In this document: one piece after another, positions 41,233-53,600 of the stretch
Position numbering within the stretch: position 1 is the stretch's first letter
Layout of the letters: every line of letters begins with the position of its first letter
Source: Candidatus Heimdallarchaeota archaeon
GTDB lineage: Archaea > Asgardarchaeota > Heimdallarchaeia > Hodarchaeales > Hodarchaeaceae
Direction of reading: 5' to 3'
NCBI GenBank assembly: GCA_019057635.1
Contig: DXJL01000156.1
Coordinates: 32,001 to 96,000 of the forward strand
DNA: 64,000 nucleotides
Translations under genes and position numbers: made by a program
The notes under the pieces: generated by a model
Databases searched by the model: none
What the model was told of the DNA's origin: nothing
The model's input: the letters and a program-made list of their open reading frames with translations, nothing else

Positions 41233-41595
41233 CATGACTATATTTGTCAGACAACGCAGTAGAACCACGTTCTGGACAGGATGAGTCACACATCCGCTAT
41301 CCAGAAAAAACCAATTCAGCTGGTGAATTCGTTTTCGAGGGACTACTTGTTACAATCGGGTTGGCATTCTCTCTTGATTCCTCGAATTTCAAAAACTACT
41401 GGCCTTACCCCCCTCACCTTTGACGGGTAACTCGTCTAACGTAGTTACGAGGGAGGTACTCCAAAAATTTTGAGTACTTTTCTGTTCATCACCTCCGATT
41501 CTTAAGACTTCAAGGGGAGGAAGTCCTTTTAAGGCTTTCAGAGACAGAGTGAGGTGAAAATGAGCTTGTAAATTTGTCTGATAAATTGGATCATG
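41233..41595 (-). mobile_element. MITE-like deletion derivative of the tnpB element (355 bp between CATG repeats)
   Basis: Both ends match the 22326-23746 element (left end 18/20). Also a 34-nt identical omegaRNA core and a 31/35 match (41417-41451) to tnpB CDS 22947-22981. Confidence 0.85.
41234..41349 (-). ncRNA. Second omegaRNA scaffold within the MITE (guide about 41214-41233)
   Basis: Conserved CAAGUAGUCCC, GGAUG/CAUCC stem and AGUCAU end; the variable stem differs in sequence but still pairs. Confidence 0.7.
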
Positions 41596-41702
41596 CGCAT
41601 ATATAATATGCTCTTGAGTGGTATTTCTGTCTAATAGTGAAAGGAAAAATTGAAAAGTACTGAAATTTTATATTATGTACTTCAATACAATCTAACCCCA
41701 AG

Positions 41703-42113
41703 GTGTATGATATGGCCAATTCATTTGACGAAGTGAACACAGAAGTAAACGCGATTAAAGCAAATGTTCAACAAGCCTTTAAAAAAATAGAACCTTTGAT
41801 TTCTCAATTAGATACACTAATTAAGGAAAAAAATGTTTTCAAACAACAGGTCGATGAGATACAAAGAAAATATGACGATTTGGGCAAGGAATTGTCTGAA
41901 CTACAAAAGAAGTTTAGCGAGCAAAAAGTGGAATTTGAATCCCAGAAACAGACAAATGAAAATCGTCTCGTTTCATTACAACGTGAGGTCGATCTTTTAA
42001 CCTTGGATAAGAAGAAGCTTTCAGAAAAAACAAAGACGCAAGATGAAAAAATAACCACGCTGGAATCTCAGAAAGAGGAATTACTTCAATCTCTCCGTGA
42101 TCGTAGCAGCTAA
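41703..42113 (+). CDS. Coiled-coil protein
   Basis: Continuous heptad pattern rich in E/K/Q/L. Confidence 0.75.
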   Translation: MYDMANSFDEVNTEVNAIKANVQQAFKKIEPLISQLDTLIKEKNVFKQQVDEIQRKYDDLGKELSELQKKFSEQKVEFESQKQTNENRLVSLQREVDLLTLDKKKLSEKTKTQDEKITTLESQKEELLQSLRDRSS

Positions 42114-42143
42114 ATTAGATCTGACTTATCTGAGTCAAATACG

Positions 42144-42881
42144 TTGAAAATAGCTATAATTTCTGATATTCACGGAAATTTGGAAGCTCTAAATTCCGTT
42201 ATCAACAATTTTAAAATCCATGGTAATATGGATCACGTTGTGTGTCTCGGAGATATCGTGGGCTATTATGCAAATCCCGTAGAATGTATTGATATCATCA
42301 AAAAACGATGCGACATTATAATTCAAGGTAATCATGATTCAGCTATAACTGCTATAAATTTTGAGAAGAGAATAAAAGGGTTCAATGACACGGCGGCCAG
42401 TTCGCTAAGGTGGACTCGGAAACAATTATTACAAGAAGATAATAAAGATCAGTATCAATTCTTGAGAAAATTAAGAGGGAAAAAATCACTTTTGATTAAT
42501 AAAAATGAATTTCTGTTCGTGCATGGAACTCCTGACAAGAAATGGGAATATTTTTTGTTTCCTTATTGGAATAATGAACCCTTGGATGAACAAAAGGTCA
42601 AATTAGACAAGTGGCTTGATCAATGGAATCTAGTAGCAATGGGACATACACACTGGGCTTTCCAATATGAAAAAAATAACCGTTATGTGATTAACCCTGG
42701 TAGTGTAGGCCAACCTAGAGATGAAAATCCTAACGCAAGTTATTATATAGTAGAAGTCTCAGAAACACGGTTAAAAGTTGAGAACTTCCGAGTAAAATAT
42801 GAAGTCGAAAAGACGTGTGAAGCGTTGAAACTGGCAAATCTTGATGAATCCTTGTGTAGTCGGCTATTTCTTGGACAATAA
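42144..42881 (+). CDS. Metallophosphoesterase (YfcE/MJ0912-like)
   Basis: SDIHGN, GDIVGY, GNHD, HG, GHTH, NPGSVGQPRD. Confidence 0.92.
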   Translation: MKIAIISDIHGNLEALNSVINNFKIHGNMDHVVCLGDIVGYYANPVECIDIIKKRCDIIIQGNHDSAITAINFEKRIKGFNDTAASSLRWTRKQLLQEDNKDQYQFLRKLRGKKSLLINKNEFLFVHGTPDKKWEYFLFPYWNNEPLDEQKVKLDKWLDQWNLVAMGHTHWAFQYEKNNRYVINPGSVGQPRDENPNASYYIVEVSETRLKVENFRVKYEVEKTCEALKLANLDESLCSRLFLGQ

Positions 42882-43132
42882 TCTGTTGATTTTCTTCTAT
42901 AATCAGTAAATAATAGCACCTATGGATTATAATCATGTAAATAAGTAAAATTTGTTTTGAAAATATTTCTACGGATTAATTTGCCATAGAAAGGGATGAA
43001 TTCTAATAAGAAGATTTAAATAGGGAGCTCTTCAAAGAATAATTGAGTTAAATTTAATTTTTACTCATTACAATAACAATACACAATGATTTTGTGTATC
43101 GTTTCATTTTTCGGGACCATCGGTGTTAAATT

Positions 43133-45154
43133 TTGTCAAGTGAATATGATGCAAGTAGTATACAGGTTTTAGAAGGCCTTGAAGCGGTTCGTCGCCGTCC
43201 TGCTATGTATATTGGAAGTATAGATGAAAATGGGCTCCATCATCTGGTTTGGGAAATTGTTGACAATTCAGTAGACGAAGCCATGGCTGATTATTGTGAT
43301 CAGATAAATGTGATATTAAGTCAAACAGAGCATGGACAAGAATCGATAACCATCCAGGATAATGGTAGGGGAATTCCCACTGAAATTCATCCATATTATA
43401 ATATATCTTCTTTAGAACTAGTGACTACTCGATTACATTCTGGGGGGAAATTTGACCATAAGTCATACAAAGTTAGCGGTGGACTTCATGGGGTCGGGAT
43501 TGCTGTTGTGAACGCATTATCTCGGTGGATGCAAGTAAAAGTAAAAAGAAATAACCTGGTACAAATGCAAGAGTATGTTAGGGGTGAAACAATATCCCAT
43601 GGAGTGATTACTGTTGAGGAGGAATGGGACCATGAGAGTGGAACCTATATTACTTTTATCCCAGATCCTGAAATCTTCGAAGTAACTAGTGTAGATGTTG
43701 TTACTATCCGAAATCGCTTACGGGAATTAGCTTTCTTAAATAAAGGTCTTACAATTACGCTTATAGACGAAAGAAAACCTGAAATTCCTATTTTTGAGTC
43801 ACAGAGCGATTTAGGAGAAAATGAATCCCATACACAGTCTGAATCTGCAGAAGATTTGGGTAGTGAATTGCCAGTTAACAAATGGATTTTTCATTTCGAT
43901 GGAGGGATAAAAGCATATGTCGATCAACTTGCAGCAACTCGTATTCATGATGATATCCCCTATTTTGATGTGAACGTAGAGAAAATGCAAGTAGAAGTAG
44001 CACTTGTTTATGACCGTTCCGAAAGAGATTTGATTAATACCTTTACCAATAATATTAATACAAGACACGGGGGAACACATTTATCAGGTTTCAAATCCGG
44101 ATTAACACGAGCTTTAAATGCCTATGTTTTGAAAAATGAGCAATTAATCCGTAATCCACATTTGAAGAAGGGACTAAAAGAAAAAAGATCAATTTTTACT
44201 GGAAACGATGTCCGTGAAGGCCTAGTCGCGGTGGTTTCTGTGAAAATCATGAACCCTCAATTTGAAGGGCAAACTAAAAGTAAATTAGGAAATAGTGAGG
44301 TAAAGGGAGTGGTAGAGAGCTGTGTGTATGAAAATGTACTCAAATTTCTTGATGAACACCCTGAAAGTTCTCGGAGTATCATAGAAAAATGTGAAGCGGC
44401 CGCTACCCTGCGTATGAAGTTTCGGCAAATTCGAGAGGCAGTTAGAAAAACGCAAGGAAAGGGTTCGGGAAAATTAGTAGATTGTGCTGTTTCAGATCCT
44501 GCGAAACGGGAAATCTTTTTGGTTGAAGGAGATTCCGCTGGTGGAAGTGCTATTGAAGGTCGCTTTAGTGAATTTCAAGCAATTCTACCTTTACGTGGCA
44601 AGGTTATTAACGTAGAAAAGGCTCGATTAGAGAAAGCAATGAAAAATAAGGAAATACTTGAGATTATACGAGCAATCGGAGCAGGTTATAAAGAAAATTT
44701 CCGGATTGAGAAAGTTCGTTATCATAAAATTGTTTTATTAATGGATGCAGATATTGATGGTCATCATATCGTATGTCTTCTTCTAACATTCTTCTTCAGA
44801 TATATGCCTGAACTAATTGATGAGGGATATCTTTATATTGCGCAACCTCCTTTATTTCGGGTTAAAAAGGGAAATAAGGAAACATACGTTGTTTCGGAAC
44901 AAGAAAGAGATGAAATTATACAATCGTGGGGAGGAAAGGTGGAAATAAGCCGATTTAAAGGCCTTGGAGAGATGAACCCAATTCAACTTCGTGAAACCGT
45001 AATGGATCCAGAGAAAAGAACTCTGCTTCAGGTAACTCGGAAGAATCTCATTGATGCTGAACGAATGTTCGTCACACTGATGGGTGAAGAAGTGGCGCCT
45101 AGACGTGAGTTCATTGAAGCTCATGCTTTAGAAGTGGAGAATTTAGATATATAG
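43133..45154 (+). CDS. gyrB: DNA gyrase subunit B
   Basis: EIVDNSVDE, DNGRG, SGGLHGVG, EGDSAGG, PLRGK, DADIDG, RFKGLGEM. Confidence 0.97.
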   Translation: MSSEYDASSIQVLEGLEAVRRRPAMYIGSIDENGLHHLVWEIVDNSVDEAMADYCDQINVILSQTEHGQESITIQDNGRGIPTEIHPYYNISSLELVTTRLHSGGKFDHKSYKVSGGLHGVGIAVVNALSRWMQVKVKRNNLVQMQEYVRGETISHGVITVEEEWDHESGTYITFIPDPEIFEVTSVDVVTIRNRLRELAFLNKGLTITLIDERKPEIPIFESQSDLGENESHTQSESAEDLGSELPVNKWIFHFDGGIKAYVDQLAATRIHDDIPYFDVNVEKMQVEVALVYDRSERDLINTFTNNINTRHGGTHLSGFKSGLTRALNAYVLKNEQLIRNPHLKKGLKEKRSIFTGNDVREGLVAVVSVKIMNPQFEGQTKSKLGNSEVKGVVESCVYENVLKFLDEHPESSRSIIEKCEAAATLRMKFRQIREAVRKTQGKGSGKLVDCAVSDPAKREIFLVEGDSAGGSAIEGRFSEFQAILPLRGKVINVEKARLEKAMKNKEILEIIRAIGAGYKENFRIEKVRYHKIVLLMDADIDGHHIVCLLLTFFFRYMPELIDEGYLYIAQPPLFRVKKGNKETYVVSEQERDEIIQSWGGKVEISRFKGLGEMNPIQLRETVMDPEKRTLLQVTRKNLIDAERMFVTLMGEEVAPRREFIEAHALEVENLDI

Positions 45155-45176
45155 CATATAAAGTGATGAATTTAAG

Positions 45177-47684
45177 ATGAGTAGTAATATTAGGATTACT
45201 CCTATTGAAAAAACCATGGCCAAGAGTTATTTGGAGTATTCGATGTCTGTTATAACAAGCAGAGCGCTTCCCCACGTGAGAGATGGTTTGAAACCTGTTC
45301 ATAGGCGAATTTTATGGGCAATGTATAATTTGGGTTTGACTCATAACCGACCACCGAGGAAATGTGCTCGAACAATTGGAGAAACAAGTGCAAAATATCA
45401 TCCACACGGAGGAAATTCGGTTTATGATGCACTGGTTCGAATGGCCCAACCTTTTTCTCTCAGATATCCCTTAATTCAGGGTCAAGGTAACTTTGGAAGT
45501 ATGGATGGACAACCCGCTGCAGCTATGCGTTATACTGAAGCCAGAATGGCTGAGATTTCCAATGAAATTCTTATGGACATCAATAAAAACACTGTTGATC
45601 TCATAGACAATTTTGATGGGTTAGATAAAGAACCAGTTATTCTTCCTGCTAAGATTCCTAATCTTCTAATTAATGGAGTAATGGGGATAGCTGTTGGAAT
45701 GGCTACCTCAATGCCCCCTCACAATTTAGGGGAAGTTTTAGATGGAGTTAAAGCCGTTATTGAAAACCCAGAAATTTCCATAATAGATTTAATGAATTAT
45801 ATTCCAGGCCCCGATTTTCCCACGGGAGGAGTTATTTTCGGCACCAAGGGGATAAAGCGAGCTTATCACACAGGAACAGGTAATGTAGTACTTAGGGCAA
45901 AATATGAATTTGAAGAGAAAAAAAATAAAACTAGTATTGTTATAACAGAAGTTCCTTATCTCGTAAAACGACAGGATACAATAGAACATCGCGGTTTAGT
46001 TGATATAATTGAGGGAATGAAAGAAGCAGGTAAATTCCCAGAAATCGGTAGTGTTAAGAATGAGTCCAACATCATTCGGGGTACAAGAATTGTTATCAAT
46101 CTGAAGCACTCAGCCAACATCGAAGTTGTGCTGAATCGCTTGTTTAAATTCACTCCTATGCAAATCTCGTTTTCCATCAGAAATATGGTTCTTGTAGATG
46201 CAAAGGTGGGTGATGAGGTCAAAATTCGTCCGAAAAATTTAAACTTAAAAGAACTCCTAACTCAATTCATTGATCACAGACATGAGATAGTCGTACGTAG
46301 AACAGAATTTGATCTAAAAAAAGCCCGTGAGAGAGCTCATATATTAGAAGGAAGAAAAATTGTTGTTGAAAATCTTGATGAAGTAATTAAAATCATTAGA
46401 GGGTCAAGTAATGGATCTGAAGCGCAAACTGCTTTGATTAGTAAGTTTTTGTTTTCCGAGATCCAAGCAAAAGACATTCTCGCATTACCACTTAGGAGCT
46501 TAACACGATTTGATAGAGACAAAATACTCCAAGAGTATAAGGAAACACTAGAAGCAATTAAGGATTATGAAGACATATTGGGGAGTGAACAACGCATCAT
46601 AGACATAATAGTTAATGAAATTGATGAAATTAAATCCAAATATGGAGACCCAAGAAGAAGTAAAATTGTCCTTGATGACTCAGATAGCTATGAAAATTGG
46701 ACTGACAAAACAGAAGAAGATTTCATCACGAAAGAAGATATTGTTATCACTTTAACATCTAATGGTTATATTAAGTCGATATCCACCGATATGTACAATT
46801 CCCAACATCGTGGGGGTAAAGGTATTAAGTCAATGGATTTAGGAAAAGACGATTTCTTGCAGGAAATGATCGTTGCCTCTACTCACGACACAATTTTGTT
46901 CTTCACTGTTCATGGTACTGTCTATCGTTTTCGCGGATTTCAGATTCCGATGTCTAAACAACGGGTTACAAAAGGAGTGAATATTGTAAATCTTCTCAAG
47001 ATGGATAGAAGTGATAAAATCGTTGCCATCATCCGTGTTACTGAATTCAATCCAGATCACTATCTGGTTTTAGCAACTAAAAATGGAATAATTAAGAAGT
47101 CTTCTTTGTCTGAATATGAAAATATTCGTTCTACTGGGATTATTGCACAAAAACTACGCGAGAATGATATGATAATTGGAGCTAAAGTTACTGATGGCAC
47201 TAAAGGTATCATCCTTGCCACGAAAAAGGGAAAAGCGATTCGATTCAAAGAATCTGATGTACGAGTTGTGGGTAGGAGTAGTATCGGGGTAATGGGAATA
47301 CGACTCAATTCGGACGATTCTGTTATAGATTTAGCTATTGTGGATGAAAATAGGACTCTTTTGACCATATGTGAGAATGGCTATGGTAAACGATCTTCAT
47401 TTGATAAATATCGAATTACAAGGCGAAATGGAAAAGGAGTTATTAATATCAAAGCAACTAAACGAAATGGCGATGTGATTGCTGTAAAAAGTGTAAACGA
47501 AAAGGATTTACTTTTAATGGTTGCGAATGATGGGAAATTAATTCAAATACCACTAGAAGATATACGGGCGATTGGTCGTGCAACTTCTGGAGTAACTTTG
47601 ATGCGTTTAGAGAAAGATAGTGGGGTGAAAATTTCATCTGTTGCAATAATTGCAGGTGGTAATTCTAACCAGGGAGTTGATTGA
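45177..47684 (+). CDS. gyrA: DNA gyrase subunit A
   Basis: RDGLKPV, HPHG, catalytic AAMRY, GyrA-box QHRGGKG, beta-pinwheel repeats. Confidence 0.97.
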   Translation: MSSNIRITPIEKTMAKSYLEYSMSVITSRALPHVRDGLKPVHRRILWAMYNLGLTHNRPPRKCARTIGETSAKYHPHGGNSVYDALVRMAQPFSLRYPLIQGQGNFGSMDGQPAAAMRYTEARMAEISNEILMDINKNTVDLIDNFDGLDKEPVILPAKIPNLLINGVMGIAVGMATSMPPHNLGEVLDGVKAVIENPEISIIDLMNYIPGPDFPTGGVIFGTKGIKRAYHTGTGNVVLRAKYEFEEKKNKTSIVITEVPYLVKRQDTIEHRGLVDIIEGMKEAGKFPEIGSVKNESNIIRGTRIVINLKHSANIEVVLNRLFKFTPMQISFSIRNMVLVDAKVGDEVKIRPKNLNLKELLTQFIDHRHEIVVRRTEFDLKKARERAHILEGRKIVVENLDEVIKIIRGSSNGSEAQTALISKFLFSEIQAKDILALPLRSLTRFDRDKILQEYKETLEAIKDYEDILGSEQRIIDIIVNEIDEIKSKYGDPRRSKIVLDDSDSYENWTDKTEEDFITKEDIVITLTSNGYIKSISTDMYNSQHRGGKGIKSMDLGKDDFLQEMIVASTHDTILFFTVHGTVYRFRGFQIPMSKQRVTKGVNIVNLLKMDRSDKIVAIIRVTEFNPDHYLVLATKNGIIKKSSLSEYENIRSTGIIAQKLRENDMIIGAKVTDGTKGIILATKKGKAIRFKESDVRVVGRSSIGVMGIRLNSDDSVIDLAIVDENRTLLTICENGYGKRSSFDKYRITRRNGKGVINIKATKRNGDVIAVKSVNEKDLLLMVANDGKLIQIPLEDIRAIGRATSGVTLMRLEKDSGVKISSVAIIAGGNSNQGVD

Positions 47685-50600
47685 ATGTCGCCTGCTTCAA
47701 AACCGTCTAAAAAAACTATTACTAGTGAAAAGGTTGTAAGAAGATCCGCAGCGGATTTTTTCCAAGATAATAAAGCTATAGCGGGTTTCGATAATAGTAT
47801 GAGGGTTGTTTTTACCAGTGTTCGTGAATTAGTAGAAAACGGTCTGGATGCAGCAGAACGAATGGGTCATTTGCCAGAACTCCATGTAACCATCAAGAAA
47901 TTGCAGAAAGAAGAAATTGCTAGATTGTTAAACGTTAAGTCGTTTGAATCTTCAGAAAAACTCGATTTTCTACGTTTAACAGTAAGAGATAATGGGAGTG
48001 GGATACAGTGTGAATTTATACCACCTCTATTTGGTCGTGTTTTAACTGGCAGTAATTATGGGTCTCGACAATCTCGTGGACGATTTGGCCTTGGGGCGAA
48101 AATGGTATTGTTAAACGCAATGTCTTCTGTGGACTTACCCTTGATAATCAAATCTAAATATATCAATGAAGATTTTACAAGTTATCACGAATTAATGATT
48201 AATCTAGCTGAAAATGAACCAATAATTCTCGCTCAACGAGAAATCCCCCAAAATACAGCAGAAGCAATTTTTGAGTCGGGTACAGAGGTTTCTGTTACTT
48301 TTACTGGAGCTTGGAACCTTGCTTCCCGATATATTTATGAGTATTTCTTCCAATTAGCAATGATCACCCCATATGCGAGTTTTTTTATCCAATATCCCGA
48401 TTCAGAGGCACCAATTGCGTTAGAACGAGTAGTTGAGGAGATGCCAACATATCCTCGTATTGCTAAAGTCCATCCATGGGGGACCGATATAACTCAATTC
48501 AAAAGAGAACTGAGTGTTACTAACAGTGAAACCATGGAAGTATTTCTCCAAGAACATTTCCAAGGTATGGGTCCTAAAATAGCACGTGATTTCCTCGACT
48601 TTGTTAAAATCGATTATCTGTTAAATCCCAAAAAACTTAGTGCCACTGCAATTCGGAGAATTATCCATGAAGGCTTTGCAGTACCCGACCGGGACAAAAC
48701 CAAGAGAAAAGACCAAAAATACTTTCCATTCAAACGACCTAGTGGAGATTCATTATCGCCTCTTAGCTGGGAATTACTAGAGAAGGGTATTAGCAAAGAA
48801 TTATCCCCTCAATTTGCAAAAGCAACCTCTGGAGATGTTTCAGCACATAGTGGACATCCTTTTATAGTAGAGGCTGCATTAGCATATGGTGGTCCAAACC
48901 TTTCAAAAGATGAAGGTTCTAGAGGAGCTAATCCTAAGATTTATCGTTTTGCAAACCGAATTCCCTTACTTTTTGGTGCAGGAAATGATATTATATCGAA
49001 ATGCGTTCAAAAGATGAACTGGAAGAATTATAAAATTAATATTAATAAAGCACCAATAGCAATTGTTGTTTCGGTTGTATCTTCTAAAATTCCTTTCCCC
49101 GAGACTAGTAAGGAATATATTGCTGATGTTGATGAATTAAGAGACGAAATTTACAGAGTTTTGAAGAAATTAGCAAGAGGATTAAGTCAACATCTGGGGC
49201 GAGCTGAACGAGAAAGAAGAGAGAACCAACGACAATCACGATTTGAAAGCGCAGCTCCAAAAGTCATTCAAAATCTTTCACAAATTCTGATTTCAGAAAA
49301 CTCACCATATCTCTTAACATCAGCAGAAGAGATATCCAAATTACAAAAGGCACTCGCCTCTGCTATTCCACGGTTAGTAAGAAGAGCTTATCCTCCTAGT
49401 CCACAGATTTCTACGATCGGCGAATGGCTTCCAATGGATATTCACCTGAAGCTTGTTGAAAATAATATCCAGACTATATATCAATTTTTACGAACACCTG
49501 TTCCTGAATTAAACCGCATTACAGGTATGTCTGTAGAAAGAATAGATGCTATTGTTAGGAAGACTGTTACAAAACAAGAACAAACTTATCGCTCTCCAAT
49601 TATTAGGGAGTTTGAATTCTTTTCTAAGGAAATTGAAAGGGATTTTTCGAAGTATAGAAACAGTAATACCATCCATAAGTCATTGAATAAACGATGGATT
49701 GTAAATGCCTTTGATTTTTTCTCTACTCCTGCTTCTCAGCTACGAGAAGTAGATGAATTTCCCGAGAAACTTGTTTATGAAACTAAAATAAAGACGATAA
49801 GTGAATTTTCAGAATCTACTTCCGATGACACATTTAGCCTAGAATTACTTCCTTGGATAACTGGAGATATTGAGAAGGGATTTAACAGTGCGAAAATCAA
49901 AAATATATTGGAATATCTTGTCACATTCCCAGAAAAACTTTCCTCTATTCCAAAATTGGCGATCCGTCTAATTGAGAATGCAAAAGAAGAAATTCGAGAA
50001 GGTGTGAAAGAAGGATATATTGATCCAGAAAAAGTTATCGGAGCTTCAACCTTTGATTGGATGGATTATCATGTAACACCAAAATTAAGAGGAAGGAAAA
50101 TTTCCAAGATTATTGAGTTCCTTAATACACCCTCAGAAAAGTTAGCTGAATTGAATGAATTAATTGACAACTTGATAATTAAATCCAAACATAAGTTGAA
50201 GGAAGCTTTTCATTCGTATAATGACAAAACTTCATTATTCAGAATACCTGGCATTCATGAATCGATGCTATCCGATTTGGATAGATTAAATGTTCAGGGT
50301 TTTATAGATTTTCTCTTGATAAATGAGAAGGACTTACTTATCGTCCGTGGACTAATAGATGCTCTAATACTCATCAAACAGGATGAAATTCTTGACGAGA
50401 TAAATTCTACGTTTGACCCTGTTCCAATTAAGAAAGCATATTGGCTTGATTTAGAATTAGAGAAGATCCTCCTGAAGAAAGGCATCTCAACGATTTTTGA
50501 TTTTATTAGTTATCCAACTACGGAATTACGGAAAATAAAAGGGATGGATTCCATGGTTTTAGAGACAATAAAGAAGACTTATGGAACTCCCATTACATTA

Positions 50601-53600
50601 CTTGATAGTGCTGCTGTAGGGAAATTGGAATCATTAGAAATTTTATGTCTTGAAGAGCTGATTTCTGTCCTTTCACGGAATAAAATCAAACCTAAACCAT
50701 TATCTGATAAAGTTAAAGGAATATTGGAACAGTTAAAAGTACCAATATGTTATTTACCAATCCCTAGTAAATATTATGCCTTACTTCATCATCTAGGAAT
50801 ATCAAAAGTAATAAATTTTCTTATCTGGCCAGATCATGATTTACATAGAAAGTCGGGAATTTCTTATAAAATAATTGAAGACATTAAGAGTAAGATTACC
50901 TTAGAGAGTATTCAAAAGCAGATCTTACTAAAGAAACGACCAATTTCAATACTGGCAAATAACCTGGAAGGAAAATATTGGGCAAAACTTCTCAATTCAG
51001 ATTTAAGTGTCCAAGAACTTTATTATAATCTACCGTATAATGAGAGCTCAATTCAAAAGCTTCAACTAACTCAAAAAGAAACCAATATGTTGATAGACCT
51101 ATTTAATACACCCATTACTCGATTATCGCACATTCGACCAAGATGGGTAGATAGTTTAAGAAGTGGGGGAATAAAATCATTCATCGATTTTATTTCATGG
51201 TCCCCTGATGAAATAGCAGGAATAATAGGCCGAGATACAGAATATGTTTCAGAATTAACAAAGAATATCCCTAAATTTTCTGATGGAATGGCTTTGATAG
51301 ATCTTGGGGTATTTACAGCAGCTGAAATGAAAACATTAAAGACTCGTGGATATTCCACGGTTGAAAGTGTCTATTTCTGCGCAGATAAACAAACTTTTGG
51401 AATAATGGGCGTTAAATGGAAAAAGATTGAGAGATATCAAAGAATTCTTGAAACCCCAATTGCAATGATTCAATTACAAGCGAGCAGTGATGAATCCCAA
51501 ATCAGATTTTCTCATGATGGTTTGGAAGGCCTTGCAAACAATGGAATAGACCAAATTATCAAACTGATCTATTGGCCACCAAATGAACTTAAATCAATAC
51601 TAAACATATCTCAAAAGCGAATAGATGAATTAAAACAGGCTGTTGCAATCAAAGAACATGGAATGCCCTTGGAACAAGTCGCTGGGTATAATCGCAAAAC
51701 AATTTCCACATTAACTAATTATGGTATTGAAACCGTCGAAGATTTATATTTTAGTGCTAATGAAGATATGCTAGATGAAGAAGATGACTTAGATTTTTCG
51801 TATGTGAATAAAAGTATCGAAGCTCTTGATCTTCCAATAACTTATCTAAATGGAATTATCCCTACTAAATATGTTGAAAAACTTGTCAACTATAGACTTG
51901 ACACAATTTTACGATTTTTAATTTCTTCTCCAAATGAATTATCAACTGTTTTGGAGACTCCACCGGAAAATGTTGAGAACCTCCGTAATAAAATAAACCT
52001 TATGCGTCTACGGGAATCAACAGAGACTTCTGTTTCAATAATCGAGGGATTAACTAGACAACAAACCCGTGCATTGGCTGAAGAAAACATTTTATCGATT
52101 TATAAATTTTTAACTACACCAGATGAACAGATTGCTAATATAATTGAGATAGAGCCGGAATTTCTTAAAACAATGAAGCTAGAATTAAATTTCGCGGGCA
52201 TTAAAACAATTAAGGAAGAAAAAATGATTCCTCTAACAAAAATATCATTGTTCGATAAAAATACCGTTAAAAAATTCGCCCGATATGGAATCGAAAGCTT
52301 AGCTGACCTTTATTATGTCGCTACTCCCAAATCAATTGAGGAAAGTGATTTGGAATGGCAAACTATATTAGACACCAGACTAGTGCTGGAAATGCCCATT
52401 GAGACGAGTACTATAATTACTAAGTCTGAACTCAAGGCCTTTCACCAAAAGAAAATTTATTCTATATTCGATTTAATGATAGATTCATGGGAGGAGCTGA
52501 ATAAGAAAACTGGGATTGAAATCGAAAGAATTAAGAAGATCCAAGATTCTATTCGCATTAATGAAATAATTAACTTACTAAAAAATCTTTCAATTGAAAG
52601 AATCGATTTTCCACTCGATTATTTACAAAAGATAAATGCAAAGAATTTAACCACGGTTTATAATCTACTTATCTCCACGGAAGAAGATCTATTTCTGAAA
52701 AAGCATAAGGAAAAGAAAATCCGTGTAACAACTGAATTGTGGACTGAATTATTTACAATTTTAGCAATTCCACTTTACCTAATACTAGGATCTGATAATG
52801 AGGACGTCAAAAAATTAAAGCAGAAGAAAGTTGATACGATTCGGCATGTGTACTCTATTGATTCTGAAAAACTTACAAATATTTTAGGCCAACCTGCAGA
52901 AACTCTCTATTCTGAGTTAAGTAATCTCGACACTAAGGAACTTAATCAACTATTAGCTATACCAATTAGTTTTATCCCCTCTCTGCCAATAGAATGGTTT
53001 TTCTCATTACGAAATGATTCTATTCTTCGAGTAGGTGATTTTATTAGGCTTAACCATCGAGATTTGGTATCATTGGTATCAGCGTCTTTTCCTAAGATTC
53101 GATCTGTATTCAATGATATCAATTTCGCTTCTTTAATGAAAAAATTAGAGGAAGAGGCTATTGAAGTAACCAAATTATCAGGTGTTTTACCTCCCCAAAC
53201 TATTAAAAAACTATCAACGAAAGGAATAACTTCTTTGCAAGCGTTAATTCTATTTAGTTCCGATGAATCGAAACTGGATGGAGTCGATGACTTTTTGCGA
53301 ATACTGGATGGTCCAATTAATAGATTATCTGAGGAGTTTCAAGTAGCTGATTTACGTAAAATGTCTAATTCTGGCATTACTACCCTTGCTTCATGGTTTT
53401 CTGCTCCTAACGACGGCTTATCAACAATTTTGAGAATGAGATGTAAAGAAATAAATGATTTAAAACAGAATTTTAATTTCGAATTGGCTGGAAAGGCCGT
53501 TGATTCTGAAATAACGGTGTCTAGTATTATTGAATCTGGTTTTATTGATTTTAGTGAATTATCTTCACATAAAGTCAACACTCTTGAAGATCTTTTATTC

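Noticed and set aside
41446-41495. Short ORF MNRKVLKIFGVPPS behind GGAGGTG inside the MITE (minus strand)
   Set aside because: Only 14 codons with no counterpart in the full element; cannot be supported.
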